Positions 18,553 to 27,799 of a DNA stretch of 64,000 nt are shown one piece after another. Numbering within the stretch: the stretch's first letter is position 1; each line of letters begins with the position of its first letter. The notes beneath the pieces were generated by a model, which was not told the origin of the DNA, made no database searches, and worked only from the letters and a program-made list of their open reading frames with translations. The position numbers were made by a program, and so were the translations under genes. Origin of the DNA: an uncultured Actinomycetes bacterium (GTDB lineage: Bacteria > Actinomycetota > UBA4738 > HRBIN12); NCBI GenBank assembly GCA_964640085.1, contig CAZXFA010000010.1:9805-73804 (forward strand), given 5' to 3'.

Positions 18553-20379
18553 ATGGCCTGGGTCGAGGACCGGAACGAACTCGCCGCACAGCTGGCCGTG
18601 GACGCCATCCGATGCTCGACCGCCGCCGGCTCGGGCCATCCGACGTCGTCGCTCTCTGCCGCGCACCTGCTGGCCGTCCTGTACGCGGACCACCTCCGGA
18701 CCGACGTCGCCGACCCGAAGGCGCGCGCGAACGACCGGTTCGTGCTCTCGAAGGGCCACGCCTCGCCGGGGATGTACGCGGTGCTGAAGGCGATCGGGGC
18801 GATAACCGACGACCAGCTCATGACCTTCCGCGAGCTCGACAGCCCGCTCGAGGGGCACCCCGCGCCGGTGCATGGGATGCCGTGGATCGACGTGGCCACC
18901 GGTTCGCTCGGGCAGGGTCTGCCGATCGGGCTCGGGATGGCGCTCGGGCTACGGATGGACCGGATCCCGGCCCGGGTGTGGGTGCTGATGGGTGACTCGG
19001 AGTCGGCGGAGGGCTCGGTCTGGGAGACGATGGCGAACGCCTCGCACCACGGAGTCGACAACCTGATCGCGATCTTGGACATGAACCGGCTCGGCCAGCG
19101 CGGCCCGACGATGCTCGGCTGGGACGGAGACACGTACGCGACGCGGGCGGAGGCGTTCGGGTGGACGGCGATCCGGGTCGACGGCCACGACGTCGAGGCG
19201 ATCGACGCCGCCTACCGCGAGGCCGAGGCGGCGGGCGGTCCCGCGGTCGTGATAGCGCGGACCGAGAAGGGACACGGCGTGTCGTTCCTCGTCGACCGCG
19301 AGGGCTGGCACGGGAAGGCGCTCTCGGCCGAGGAGGCCGAACGCGCGATCGCCGAGCTCGGCGGGCCGCGCGAGATCCGGATCGCGCCGCCGAAGCCCGA
19401 GGCGGGCGTGGCCCCGTCGCCGAACGGAAAGCCGGTGCAGCTCCCGACGTACGCCGAGCCGATCGCCACCCGGAAGGCGTTCGGGGAGGTGCTGGCCGCG
19501 CTCACCGCGCGCCCGGACCTGGTTGCGCTCGACGGCGAGGTCTCGAACTCGACCTACACCGAGGACGTCGAGGAGGTGGCGCCGGACCGGTTCGTCGAGT
19601 TGTACATCGCCGAGCAGTGCATGGCCGGGGTGGCGGTCGGGATGCAGGCCGTGGGCAAGAACCCGTTCGCGGCGACGTTCGGGGCGTTCCTCACGCGAGC
19701 CCACGACTTCATCCGGATGGCCGCGGTGAGCCGGGCGAACCTCCGGCTGTGCGGTTCGCACGCCGGGATCTCGATCGGCGAGGACGGGCCCTCGCAGATG
19801 GCGCTCGAGGACCTCGCGATGATGCGGGCGGTGAACGGCTCGACCGTGCTGTACCCGTGCGACGGGAACCAGACCGCCAAGCTCGTCGCGCAGATGGCCG
19901 AGCTGCCCGGGATCGCGTACATCCGCACCACGCGGGAGAAGACCGAGGCGCTGTACCCGGCCGACGCGGAGTTCCCGGTCGGCGGGAGCTCGGTGCTGCG
20001 GGAGAGCGGAGATGATCGCGTGACGCTGGTCGGGGCGGGGGTGACGGTGTTCGAGGCGCTGGCCGCCGCCGACGCGCTCGCCGCCGAGGGGATCGCCGCG
20101 CGGGTGATCGACTGCTACTCGATCAAGCCGATCGACGCGGCGACCCTCCGGACCGCGCTCACCGAGACCGGCCTGGTGGTCACGGTCGAGGACCACTGGA
20201 TCGACGGCGGACTGGGTGACGCGGTGCTCGCGGCTCTGGCTTCGCGGGGCGAGCTCTCAGGCCGCATGATCAAGATCGGCGTGAACGAGATGCCGGGCTC
20301 CGGGACCCCCGACGAGCTCCGGGATCGAGCGGGGATCTCAGCCCGCGCGATCGCCGAACGGGTCCGCTCTGCCGTCTAG
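18553..20379 (+). CDS. tkt: transketolase (fused N- and C-terminal halves, 608 aa)
   Basis: TPP-binding N-terminal region (GSGHPTSSLSAAHLLAVLY...SKGHASPGMYA), a pyrimidine-binding middle region and a C-terminal domain. Confidence 0.85.
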   Translation: MAWVEDRNELAAQLAVDAIRCSTAAGSGHPTSSLSAAHLLAVLYADHLRTDVADPKARANDRFVLSKGHASPGMYAVLKAIGAITDDQLMTFRELDSPLEGHPAPVHGMPWIDVATGSLGQGLPIGLGMALGLRMDRIPARVWVLMGDSESAEGSVWETMANASHHGVDNLIAILDMNRLGQRGPTMLGWDGDTYATRAEAFGWTAIRVDGHDVEAIDAAYREAEAAGGPAVVIARTEKGHGVSFLVDREGWHGKALSAEEAERAIAELGGPREIRIAPPKPEAGVAPSPNGKPVQLPTYAEPIATRKAFGEVLAALTARPDLVALDGEVSNSTYTEDVEEVAPDRFVELYIAEQCMAGVAVGMQAVGKNPFAATFGAFLTRAHDFIRMAAVSRANLRLCGSHAGISIGEDGPSQMALEDLAMMRAVNGSTVLYPCDGNQTAKLVAQMAELPGIAYIRTTREKTEALYPADAEFPVGGSSVLRESGDDRVTLVGAGVTVFEALAAADALAAEGIAARVIDCYSIKPIDAATLRTALTETGLVVTVEDHWIDGGLGDAVLAALASRGELSGRMIKIGVNEMPGSGTPDELRDRAGISARAIAERVRSAV

Positions 20380-22097
20380 CCCGGGATCTCGAGGGGTACG
20401 AGTTCGAACCGATCGACGTCGATCAGGCCCCGGTCGGTGAGCTTCAGCTCCGGCACGACCGAGAGCGCCATGAACGACATCGCCATGAACGGCGAGGGGA
20501 GCGTGGCGCCGAGCTGCTTCGCCGCCTCGCCGATCCGGTGGACCTGCGCGGCGACCTCCTCGACCGGCAGGTCCGACAACAGCCCACCGATGGGGCACGG
20601 GACCTCGGCCACCACCTCGCCGCCCGCGACCGCCACCTGTCCCCCGCCGAGCTCGCGTAGCCGGTTCACCGCCGCCGCCATGTCGGCGTCGTCCACTCCC
20701 ACCGCGACCACGTTGTGCGCGTCGTGCGCGTGGGTCGAGGCGAGCGCCCCCCGCCGCAACCCGAACCCGCGGACGAACCCGATCCCGATCCGCCCCGTGT
20801 CTCTGTGCCGCTCGACCACCGCCATCTTCGCGAGGTCCCGCTCGGGGTCCGCCACCGCCTGGCCGTCACGCCTCGCCGGGTCGTCGATGAGCGCCTTCGT
20901 CACGATCTGCCCCGCCTCGACGCCGATCACGCGCACCCGCCCTCTCGCCGTCACGGCGAAGTCCGGCGCCGACAGCTCGCGCACGTGCACGCTCCCGCGC
21001 ATCCGCGCGGGAGCGGTGACCTTCGGGATGTCGACCGGGCGGCCGTCCTCGGCCACCAGCCGCCCGCGGCGCCACACCTTCACGGGGTGGAACGACTCGA
21101 GATCCGGCACCGCGACCACGTCGGCCAGGTACCCGGGCGCCACGGCCCCGTGGTCGTACAAGCGGTGGTAGCGTGCCGCGTTCAGGGTCCCAATCACCAC
21201 CGCGTCGGCCGGCGGGCACCCGAGCTCCACTGCCCGGCGGACGACGTGGTTGATGTGCCCCTCCTCGAGCAGCTGGTCCGGCTCGCGGTCGTCGGTGCAC
21301 AGCAGGCAGTTCGCCGGCCCATGCTTGAGCACGAGCGGCAGCAGCGCCTCGAGGTTCCGGGCCGCCGAGCCCTCGCGGATCATGATCCACATCCCGAGCC
21401 GCCGCTTCTCGAGCGCCTCCTCGTACGTCGTGCACTCGTGGTCGCTGCGCACCCCGGCGGCCAGATACGCGTTCAGCGCCCGGCCGGAGAGCCCGGGCGC
21501 GTGGCCGTCGATCTGCCGGCCGTCGGCGGCAGCCACCTTCGCGAGCGCGTCCTGGTTCCCGGCGACGACACCGGGGAAGTCCATCATCTCAGCCACGCCG
21601 ATCGCGTTCGGCTCCTCGGCCAGGAACGCGGCGATCTCCTCTGCGGTGACGGTGGCCCCGCTCGACTCGAACGGGCTCGCCGGAACGCACGAGGAGACCA
21701 TCACGTAGAAGTCGAGCGGGACCTGGCTCGCGCGCTCCAGGATCGCCCGGACGCCGTCCAGGCCGAACACGTTCGCGATCTCGTGCGGGTCTAGGACGAC
21801 GGTGGTCGTGCCCCACGGGAGGGCCGCACGGGCGAACTCGTCCACCATCAGCTTGGTGGACTCCAGGTGCATGTGGCCGTCGACGAACCCCGGCAGCAGG
21901 ATCAGGCCCGAGACGTCGGCGACCTCGCGCCCCTCGTAGCCCGGTCCGACGCCGGCCACGCGCTCGCCGCAGATCGCGACATCGGCCTCGAGGAGCTCGC
22001 CGGTGAAGACCGAGAGGATCCGGCCGCCCGAGAGGACGAGGTCCGCCGGCTCGTCGCCGCGGGCGACGGCGAGGCGGCGGGCCAGGTCGCTCCCCAT
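20376..22097 (-). CDS. ade: adenine deaminase
   Basis: LLPGFVDGHMHLESTKL amidohydrolase motif and adenine deaminase-like length (573 aa from ATG 22097). The track ORF adds a spurious Arg-rich 116-aa N-terminal extension. Confidence 0.8.
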   Translation of the reverse strand: MGSDLARRLAVARGDEPADLVLSGGRILSVFTGELLEADVAICGERVAGVGPGYEGREVADVSGLILLPGFVDGHMHLESTKLMVDEFARAALPWGTTTVVLDPHEIANVFGLDGVRAILERASQVPLDFYVMVSSCVPASPFESSGATVTAEEIAAFLAEEPNAIGVAEMMDFPGVVAGNQDALAKVAAADGRQIDGHAPGLSGRALNAYLAAGVRSDHECTTYEEALEKRRLGMWIMIREGSAARNLEALLPLVLKHGPANCLLCTDDREPDQLLEEGHINHVVRRAVELGCPPADAVVIGTLNAARYHRLYDHGAVAPGYLADVVAVPDLESFHPVKVWRRGRLVAEDGRPVDIPKVTAPARMRGSVHVRELSAPDFAVTARGRVRVIGVEAGQIVTKALIDDPARRDGQAVADPERDLAKMAVVERHRDTGRIGIGFVRGFGLRRGALASTHAHDAHNVVAVGVDDADMAAAVNRLRELGGGQVAVAGGEVVAEVPCPIGGLLSDLPVEEVAAQVHRIGEAAKQLGATLPSPFMAMSFMALSVVPELKLTDRGLIDVDRFELVPLEIPG

Positions 22098-22147
22098 GCC
22101 GGAAGGGTACCCGAAGGGCGAAAGGTACCCGAAGCGCGGCGAGAGCC

Positions 22148-22822
22148 ATGCGTCCGGGTAGCATGGGCGCCGTGCCTCCCGCCTCCGAGCTCCCCACTCC
22201 GCGCCTCCGCGGCCGGATCCATCAGATCGCGTTCTTCGCCTCGATCCCGACCGGGGTGATGCTCGTCCTGTTCGCCGGGGGCGGGATGCGGACGGCGGTG
22301 GCCGCGGTCTACGCGGCGAGCCTGACGGCCGTCTTCGGGGCGAGCGCCGCTTACCACCGCGGCCCCTGGACGCTCCGAGCCCGACGGTGGATGAAGCGGC
22401 TCGACCACTCGATGATCTTCGTGCTGATCGCCGGCAGCTACACACCGGTGAGCGTGCTCGCGCTCGAGGGGCCGTGGGAGGTCGTCCTGCTCTCGGTGGC
22501 CTGGGCCGGCGCGGCCGTGGGCGTGACGCTGAAGATGGTCCGGCCGGATGGCCTGTCGGTCCTCACCGCGATCCTGTACATGGCGCTCGGTTGGCTCGCC
22601 CTCGTGGCGCTCCCGCAGCTGGTACGCGGCATGACGGCCGCGGAGCTCGCGCTGATGGTCTCGGGTGGGGTCCTGTACACGGCCGGGGCGATCGTCTTCG
22701 CCTGGCGCCGGCCCGATCCGCGGCCAGCGGCGTTCGGCTACCACGAGGTCTGGCACGCGTTCCAGGTGGCGGCGGCCGTGTGCCACTACGCGATGATCCT
22801 GCTGATCCTCCGAGCCGCCTGA
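22148..22822 (+). CDS. hemolysin III family (PAQR/YqfA-like) membrane protein
   Basis: Seven TM helices, with YHEVWHAFQV and CHY motifs near the C-terminus. Confidence 0.75.
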   Translation: MRPGSMGAVPPASELPTPRLRGRIHQIAFFASIPTGVMLVLFAGGGMRTAVAAVYAASLTAVFGASAAYHRGPWTLRARRWMKRLDHSMIFVLIAGSYTPVSVLALEGPWEVVLLSVAWAGAAVGVTLKMVRPDGLSVLTAILYMALGWLALVALPQLVRGMTAAELALMVSGGVLYTAGAIVFAWRRPDPRPAAFGYHEVWHAFQVAAAVCHYAMILLILRAA

Positions 22823-22848
22823 CCCATCCCTGGTACCCTGGCTCCCGA

Positions 22849-22869
22849 GGACGGCGATCGCCGCCGTCC
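22849..22869 (+). terminator. Hairpin GGACGGCG-atcgc-CGCCGTCC downstream of the hemolysin III gene
   Basis: 8-bp perfect stem, followed by a pyrimidine-rich tract. Confidence 0.35.
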
Positions 22870-22974
22870 GTGAGGTTCCGTTCCTCGTTCCTCCTTCCGG
22901 GTTATCGGCCGGCGGTCTCGGGGCAAGGCTGGGCCTCCCCGATCCCGCGGCACGGCCGCGAGAAGGAGTCGAAC

Positions 22975-24168
22975 ATGACCGGTTCCACCTTCGCTGATCT
23001 CGGCGTGTCACGCGCCGTGATCGACGTGCTCACGCGCCGAGGCGTGATGCATCCGTTCCCCGTGCAGGCGCTCGTGGTCGGCGACGCGATCGCCGGGCGC
23101 GACGTCCTCGCCCGATCGGCGACGGGCTCGGGCAAGACGCTCGCCTTCGCCCTGTCGATCGTCGAGCGTCTGCGCCCGCAGGATCCCTCGCCCTCCGCGC
23201 TCGTGCTCGTGCCCACGCGCGAGCTCGCGCAGCAGGTCGCCGACGAGCTCGCCGACCTTGCGAAGGCCAAGGCCCTGCGGGTCGGCGTCGCCTACGGCGG
23301 CGTGAGCATGCGGGAGCAGGCGCGTGGGAACGCGAAGGCCCACGTCCTGATCGCGACCCCCGGACGGCTCCAGGACCTCGCCGCACGCGGCGCCGTGAAG
23401 CTCGACCGGGTCCGGATCCTGGTCCTGGACGAGGCCGACCGGATGCTCGACATGGGGTTCCAGCCGCAGGTGGATCGCATCGTCCGGCGGCTCCCGAAGG
23501 ACCGGCAGACGATGTTCTTCTCGGCGACCCTCGACGGGGCGGTCGGGAACCTGGCCCGCGGCTACACCCGGCAGCCGGTGCTCCACGAGGTGGAGTCGCA
23601 GACCGAGACGGCCGAGGGTGTCGACCACCGCTTCGTCCAGGTCCAGGCGCACGGCAAGGTGGAGGCGCTGATCGAGCTTCTGGGGCACGACGGCGAGCTC
23701 ACCCTGGTGTTCGTGCGCACCAAGAGGGGGGCCGACCGGCTGGTCCACAAGCTGAAGGCCCGCGGCATGATCGCCGAGGCCCTGCACGGCGACATGACCC
23801 AAGGTGCTCGCCAGCGTGCACTCTCACGGTTCGGAACCGGGCGGACGCGCGTGCTGGTGGCGACCGACGTCGCCGCCCGCGGGCTCGACCTCGAGCGCAT
23901 CAGCCACGTCGTGAACTACGATCCGCCCACCGACGACAAGGGGTACGTGCACCGCGTGGGTCGGACGGCCCGAGCGGGTCGCAGCGGTACCGGGATCACC
24001 CTGGTCACGGCGGAACAGCAGGGCGACGTGGGGCGTATGGCCGCGCGGCTGGACCTCGACGAGCACTTCGAGGATGGTGGGATGAAGGTCGCGCCGCCGC
24101 GCGTGGTCTACTCGGCCTCGGCGAGTGGGCGCCGGTCGGGCCTCCGTCGCCCGCGAGGTCGGCGCTAG
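22975..24168 (+). CDS. DEAD-box ATP-dependent RNA helicase
   Basis: Q-motif (FPVQA), motif I (SATGSGKT), DEAD (VLDEADRMLDMGF), SAT, and a HRVGRTARAG C-terminal core. ATG 22975 with SD GAAGGAG; the track ORF begins at 22387. Confidence 0.85.
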   Translation: MTGSTFADLGVSRAVIDVLTRRGVMHPFPVQALVVGDAIAGRDVLARSATGSGKTLAFALSIVERLRPQDPSPSALVLVPTRELAQQVADELADLAKAKALRVGVAYGGVSMREQARGNAKAHVLIATPGRLQDLAARGAVKLDRVRILVLDEADRMLDMGFQPQVDRIVRRLPKDRQTMFFSATLDGAVGNLARGYTRQPVLHEVESQTETAEGVDHRFVQVQAHGKVEALIELLGHDGELTLVFVRTKRGADRLVHKLKARGMIAEALHGDMTQGARQRALSRFGTGRTRVLVATDVAARGLDLERISHVVNYDPPTDDKGYVHRVGRTARAGRSGTGITLVTAEQQGDVGRMAARLDLDEHFEDGGMKVAPPRVVYSASASGRRSGLRRPRGRR

Positions 24169-24445
24169 CTACTGGCCGACCGTCCGGAGACCCGCCTGGC
24201 GGTGCCGGCCAGGGTCTCGGGAGCGGAACCGAGCTGACGTAGGCGGTGCTCACAGAGCCGCCCACGAGGTCGATGTAGACGACAGCCGCGACCTGCTCGA
24301 CCAGGGTGCGGTACTTCGGACGTCGTGCAGCTCCGCGTCCAGCGGCCCGGCGTGGTCCGCGGGTCCCGGCTCCAGGCGGTCGTCCTTCCTAGCCGGCACT
24401 CCCTACCGTGTCCCGGGTATCGACCCCGCCGCTCCGACCGAACCT

Positions 24446-24892
24446 CTACGTGACGGTGAAGGAGACGCGCATCCCCTCCTGGTAGTGGGACTCGAGCTCC
24501 CCGTCCTCCTCCTCGACGAGGTTGCAGATGAAGACGTAGTTCCCGGCCTCGAGGTCGAGCGTGATCGTCTCGGTTCCCCCGACCGCGAACTCCTCGATCT
24601 CGTCGATCAGCTCCACCCCCTCGCCGGTCTCCTCGACCGAGCCGTCCTCCGCGGTCGGGAGCGCGTCCGGAGCGAGGTCGGTCCGGAACACGACGAACTC
24701 GTGAGGGTCGTTGGGGCCCTCGTTCGTGACGACGAACTCGATCTGCCCGGCGCCGATCTCACTCTCCGAGGGGACGACGGCCCACTCCTGGAGCGTGACG
24801 TCCACACCTCCGCCGTCCCCGTCGCACGCCGTGGCGGTGACCGCGAGGACCGCCGCCAGCGGGAGCGTCAGCCCACGTACCCGAGCCGACAT
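24446..24892 (-). CDS. cupredoxin-like (type-1 copper site) lipoprotein
   Basis: Lipobox LAAVLAVTATAC, then His...Cys-x-n-His-x-n-Met ligand spacing (PHEFVV ... FICNLVEEEDGELESHYQEGM). ATG 24892 with strong SD GGGGAGGAGGAG. Confidence 0.6.
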   Translation of the reverse strand: MSARVRGLTLPLAAVLAVTATACDGDGGGVDVTLQEWAVVPSESEIGAGQIEFVVTNEGPNDPHEFVVFRTDLAPDALPTAEDGSVEETGEGVELIDEIEEFAVGGTETITLDLEAGNYVFICNLVEEEDGELESHYQEGMRVSFTVT

Positions 24893-25083
24893 GGCCTCTC
24901 CTCCTCCCCGGGACCCCACCGTGTCCCGGATCGCCGGAGTGTAGGGATCCGGGCCGCCGACCCCACCCCTGGATGACCGCCCACTCATCGATCGGTCATG
25001 GGACCGTCATCCATCGTGCTCACGGGTATGACGGTCCCGTCATCCCCCTCCCACCTCGGGCCCTTTCGTCCTACGATTCGGCG

Positions 25084-25749
25084 ATGGCCCGGGTCCTGGT
25101 GGTGGACGACGAGCCGCGGATCGTGAGCTTCGTCTCGCGCGCGCTCTCCGAGGAGGGGTTCCGGGTCGACAGCGCCACCGACGGCCCGCGGGCGCTGGAG
25201 CTCGCGCGTTCGGGTCGGTACGAGCTGGTGGTGCTCGACCTCCTGCTCCCCGGGCGCGACGGGGTCTCGGTCCTGAGCGAGCTGGTCGAGGAGCGACCAG
25301 AGCAGCGCGTACTCGTGCTCTCGGCTCTCTCCGACGTGGAGAGCAAGGTGCGCTGCCTGGAGCTCGGTGCCTCCGACTACCTGCCGAAGCCCTTCGCGCT
25401 CGCCGAGCTGCTGGCGCGGGTGCGTGCCCGGCTGCGGCAGCCGGCGTCCGGTCCGGCCGGACGTTTCCTCACCTGCGGTCGGGTGACCCTGGACCTGGTC
25501 CGGCGGACGGTGGACTCGGGGGAGGGCGCCGTCTCGCTCTCCGAGCGCGAGTTCCACCTCCTGCGCCACCTGATGCAGGCGCAGGGCGACGTGTGCGCCC
25601 GCCAGCGGCTGCTCGCCGATGTGTGGGGGTACTCGTTCGACCCGGGGAGCAACGTGGTGGACGTGTGCGTCGGCCGGCTCCGGGCGAAGCTCGGATCCGA
25701 CGTGATCGAGACGGTGCGAAGTGTCGGGTATCGCTTCGACGCTCCGTAG
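25084..25749 (+). CDS. OmpR-family two-component response regulator
   Basis: Receiver domain (VLVVDDEPRIV...DLLLPGRDG) and winged-helix C-terminal (VRRTVDSGEGAVSLSEREFHLLRHLM...VGYRF). Start at ATG 25084. Confidence 0.85.
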   Translation: MARVLVVDDEPRIVSFVSRALSEEGFRVDSATDGPRALELARSGRYELVVLDLLLPGRDGVSVLSELVEERPEQRVLVLSALSDVESKVRCLELGASDYLPKPFALAELLARVRARLRQPASGPAGRFLTCGRVTLDLVRRTVDSGEGAVSLSEREFHLLRHLMQAQGDVCARQRLLADVWGYSFDPGSNVVDVCVGRLRAKLGSDVIETVRSVGYRFDAP

Positions 25750-26803
25750 GCACTGGATCGAGGCGGCGTGGGGCGCGTTCGCCCTGGCCAACGTGGTGGT
25801 GATCGTGCTCCTCTCGGAGTGGGAGACGATCCCGTTCCACCTGATCTGGGTGAGCCTCACCGTCCTGTACGGGTTCCGCGTGTGGCGCCCCCGATCCACG
25901 GCGATCCTGCTCTCTGTGGCGGTGGTCGTCACCGGCTCGGCCCTCGCCTGGACCGTCGTGCGGCTCGGGGAGGGGTTCGACGAGGTTGCCGAGGTACCAC
26001 TGATGGCGGCGATGTTCCTCGCGATGGTGTGGCACGCTCGCCGGCGCCAGGTGGCCGTGGAGGAGGCTGGGCGACGCGCCGAGCGCGAGCATCACCTGCT
26101 CGAACGCCAGCGCGAGTTCGTGCGCGATGCCTCCCACGAGCTGCGGACGCCGATCACCGTGGCCCGCGGCCACGCCGAGCTCCTCCGGGCGGGGGCCACC
26201 GATCCGCAGGCGATCGCCGACGCGGAGGTGGTGCTCGACGAGCTCGGACGGCTGTCGCGGTTGTCCGAGCGGCTCCTGTTCCTGGCGGCGGTCGAGCATC
26301 CGGACGCCCTCTCGCGTCAGCGGCTGTCGGTCGGCGACTTCGTGCGGGACATGACGAGACGATGGGCCCCCACCGCGGACCGGCGATGGCGTACGGAGGC
26401 CGGGCCGGACGGCATGATCCACGCCGATCCCGAACGCCTCGGCGTGGCGTTCGACGCCCTGATCGAGAACGCCGTGCGCGCGACCCACCCGGGGGACGGG
26501 ATCGCGCTCTCGGCCCGGGCTCGTGACCGGGAGGTGGTCCTGGAGGTCACCGACACCGGGCCCGGGATCCCGCCCGAACGGCTCCCGCTCCTGTTCGAGC
26601 GATTCTCGCGCTCGGACGGCCACCGGGGTCGTGGTCAGGGGGGCACGGGACTCGGCCTCCCGATCGTCCGCGCCGTCGCCGAGGCCCACGGCGGCCAGGT
26701 CGAGGCCGAGAGCGAGCCCGGCCGCGGCTCGACCTTCCGGATCGTCCTGCCGGGCTTCGAGCCGCGGCACGCCATGGACCGCGAGCCCCTCGCGAGCGCC
26801 TGA
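25721..26803 (+). CDS. sensor histidine kinase
   Basis: Two N-terminal TM helices, HisKA (ASHELRTPITVARGH) and HATPase_c (G-boxes DTGPGIP, GTGLGLPIV). Overlaps the regulator gene. Confidence 0.8.
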   Translation: MSGIASTLRRHWIEAAWGAFALANVVVIVLLSEWETIPFHLIWVSLTVLYGFRVWRPRSTAILLSVAVVVTGSALAWTVVRLGEGFDEVAEVPLMAAMFLAMVWHARRRQVAVEEAGRRAEREHHLLERQREFVRDASHELRTPITVARGHAELLRAGATDPQAIADAEVVLDELGRLSRLSERLLFLAAVEHPDALSRQRLSVGDFVRDMTRRWAPTADRRWRTEAGPDGMIHADPERLGVAFDALIENAVRATHPGDGIALSARARDREVVLEVTDTGPGIPPERLPLLFERFSRSDGHRGRGQGGTGLGLPIVRAVAEAHGGQVEAESEPGRGSTFRIVLPGFEPRHAMDREPLASA

Positions 26804-26820
26804 GTCGCCCCCCGACCCGC

Positions 26821-27687
26821 TCAGCAGCCGTGCTCGTCGGGCAGCAGCGGGCGGAACGTCAGCGCGTGGTCGTCACCCCCGCTGGTCCAGGGGGTGAGCT
26901 GGTTCGCCCGCTCGGCGTCCAGGAGGAGCCGGGCGAGGTCCTGGCCGGAGACGACCCCGCAGCGGGCCTCGGGCAGGACGTCCACCGGCTCGCCGAACGC
27001 GCCGAGCCCGGGCTCGTGGGGCCAGGCGATCGGCTCCTGCTCCAGCTCCGGCTCGCCCCGGTAGGGCTGCACGTACAGGCGCATCTCGGTGGGCTCGTAG
27101 GGCTCCTCACGACCCACCGAGCCCTCGGGCAGCCAGCTCCGCAGGTCTCCGAGCTGCCGCTCGAAGGTGGCCAGCGGGGCCCGCGCCTCGACGTCCACGT
27201 TCGGGCACCCGGCCCCCTCGTCGAGCCCGAGCGCGTACGCCTCGACGACGTTGGTGCGGCCGTCCGCGACCACGGTGAACCGGGTGGTCGCGGCGTCGGC
27301 GATGCAGGGGAAGTCGTAGGACGCGTCCCCGTCCATGAGCCCGGCGTCCCGGGCCGCCTCGAGGATGGCCTGCACCGCTTCCTCGGCGAGCCGCGTGACC
27401 TGGAGGTTGGGGAGTGCCGGCCCCGGATAGATCTCGATCACGGGACCCTCCACCATCAGCCGGCCGTCCCCGTAGAGGGAGAAGGCGGGGAGCGACCGCA
27501 GGTTCCAGTCGACCGGGACGAACCCCCCCACGTGCTCAACCCGCAGCACGAGCTCGTCCGGGCCCGTCGGATGGTCGATCGGTCCGGCGCCCGCCCCCCC
27601 GTTCGCATCCTCCGTTCCGCAGGCCGCTGCGAGCAGCGCGAGCGTCGCGAGCGCCACGATCAGCTTCCCGATCCGTGCCATGTCCAT
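26821..27687 (-). CDS. hypothetical secreted lipoprotein (288 aa)
   Basis: MDMARIGKLIVALATLALLAAAC lipobox with SD GGATGGAGG. No recognisable domain. The track ORF extends to 27930. Confidence 0.5.
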   Translation of the reverse strand: MDMARIGKLIVALATLALLAAACGTEDANGGAGAGPIDHPTGPDELVLRVEHVGGFVPVDWNLRSLPAFSLYGDGRLMVEGPVIEIYPGPALPNLQVTRLAEEAVQAILEAARDAGLMDGDASYDFPCIADAATTRFTVVADGRTNVVEAYALGLDEGAGCPNVDVEARAPLATFERQLGDLRSWLPEGSVGREEPYEPTEMRLYVQPYRGEPELEQEPIAWPHEPGLGAFGEPVDVLPEARCGVVSGQDLARLLLDAERANQLTPWTSGGDDHALTFRPLLPDEHGC

Positions 27688-27799
27688 CCTCCATCCTGGT
27701 CGGCCCCCGGCTTGGACGCGACCGGAGCCCCCTGCGGTTCCGGGGCCTCGGACCGGCCGCTCGCCACCGCCGGTCCCCGAGGCGGTAGGCTCACGGAGG

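Noticed and set aside
20376-22445. 5' extensions of track ORFs (adenine deaminase 116-aa Arg-rich leader; MoaA, TetR, RR, helicase, Crp, cspA, M50 protease and lipoprotein extensions)
   Set aside because: The extensions overlap upstream genes or hairpins and lack SD sequences. Internal starts with good SDs give canonical protein lengths.
24005-24265. 86-aa ORF in the 280-bp gap between the helicase and cupredoxin genes
   Set aside because: Pro/Arg-rich low-complexity translation with no SD, and it overlaps the helicase 3' end. It is more likely a non-coding spacer; the only notable feature is the ACCGTGTCCCGG motif copy at 24403-24420.
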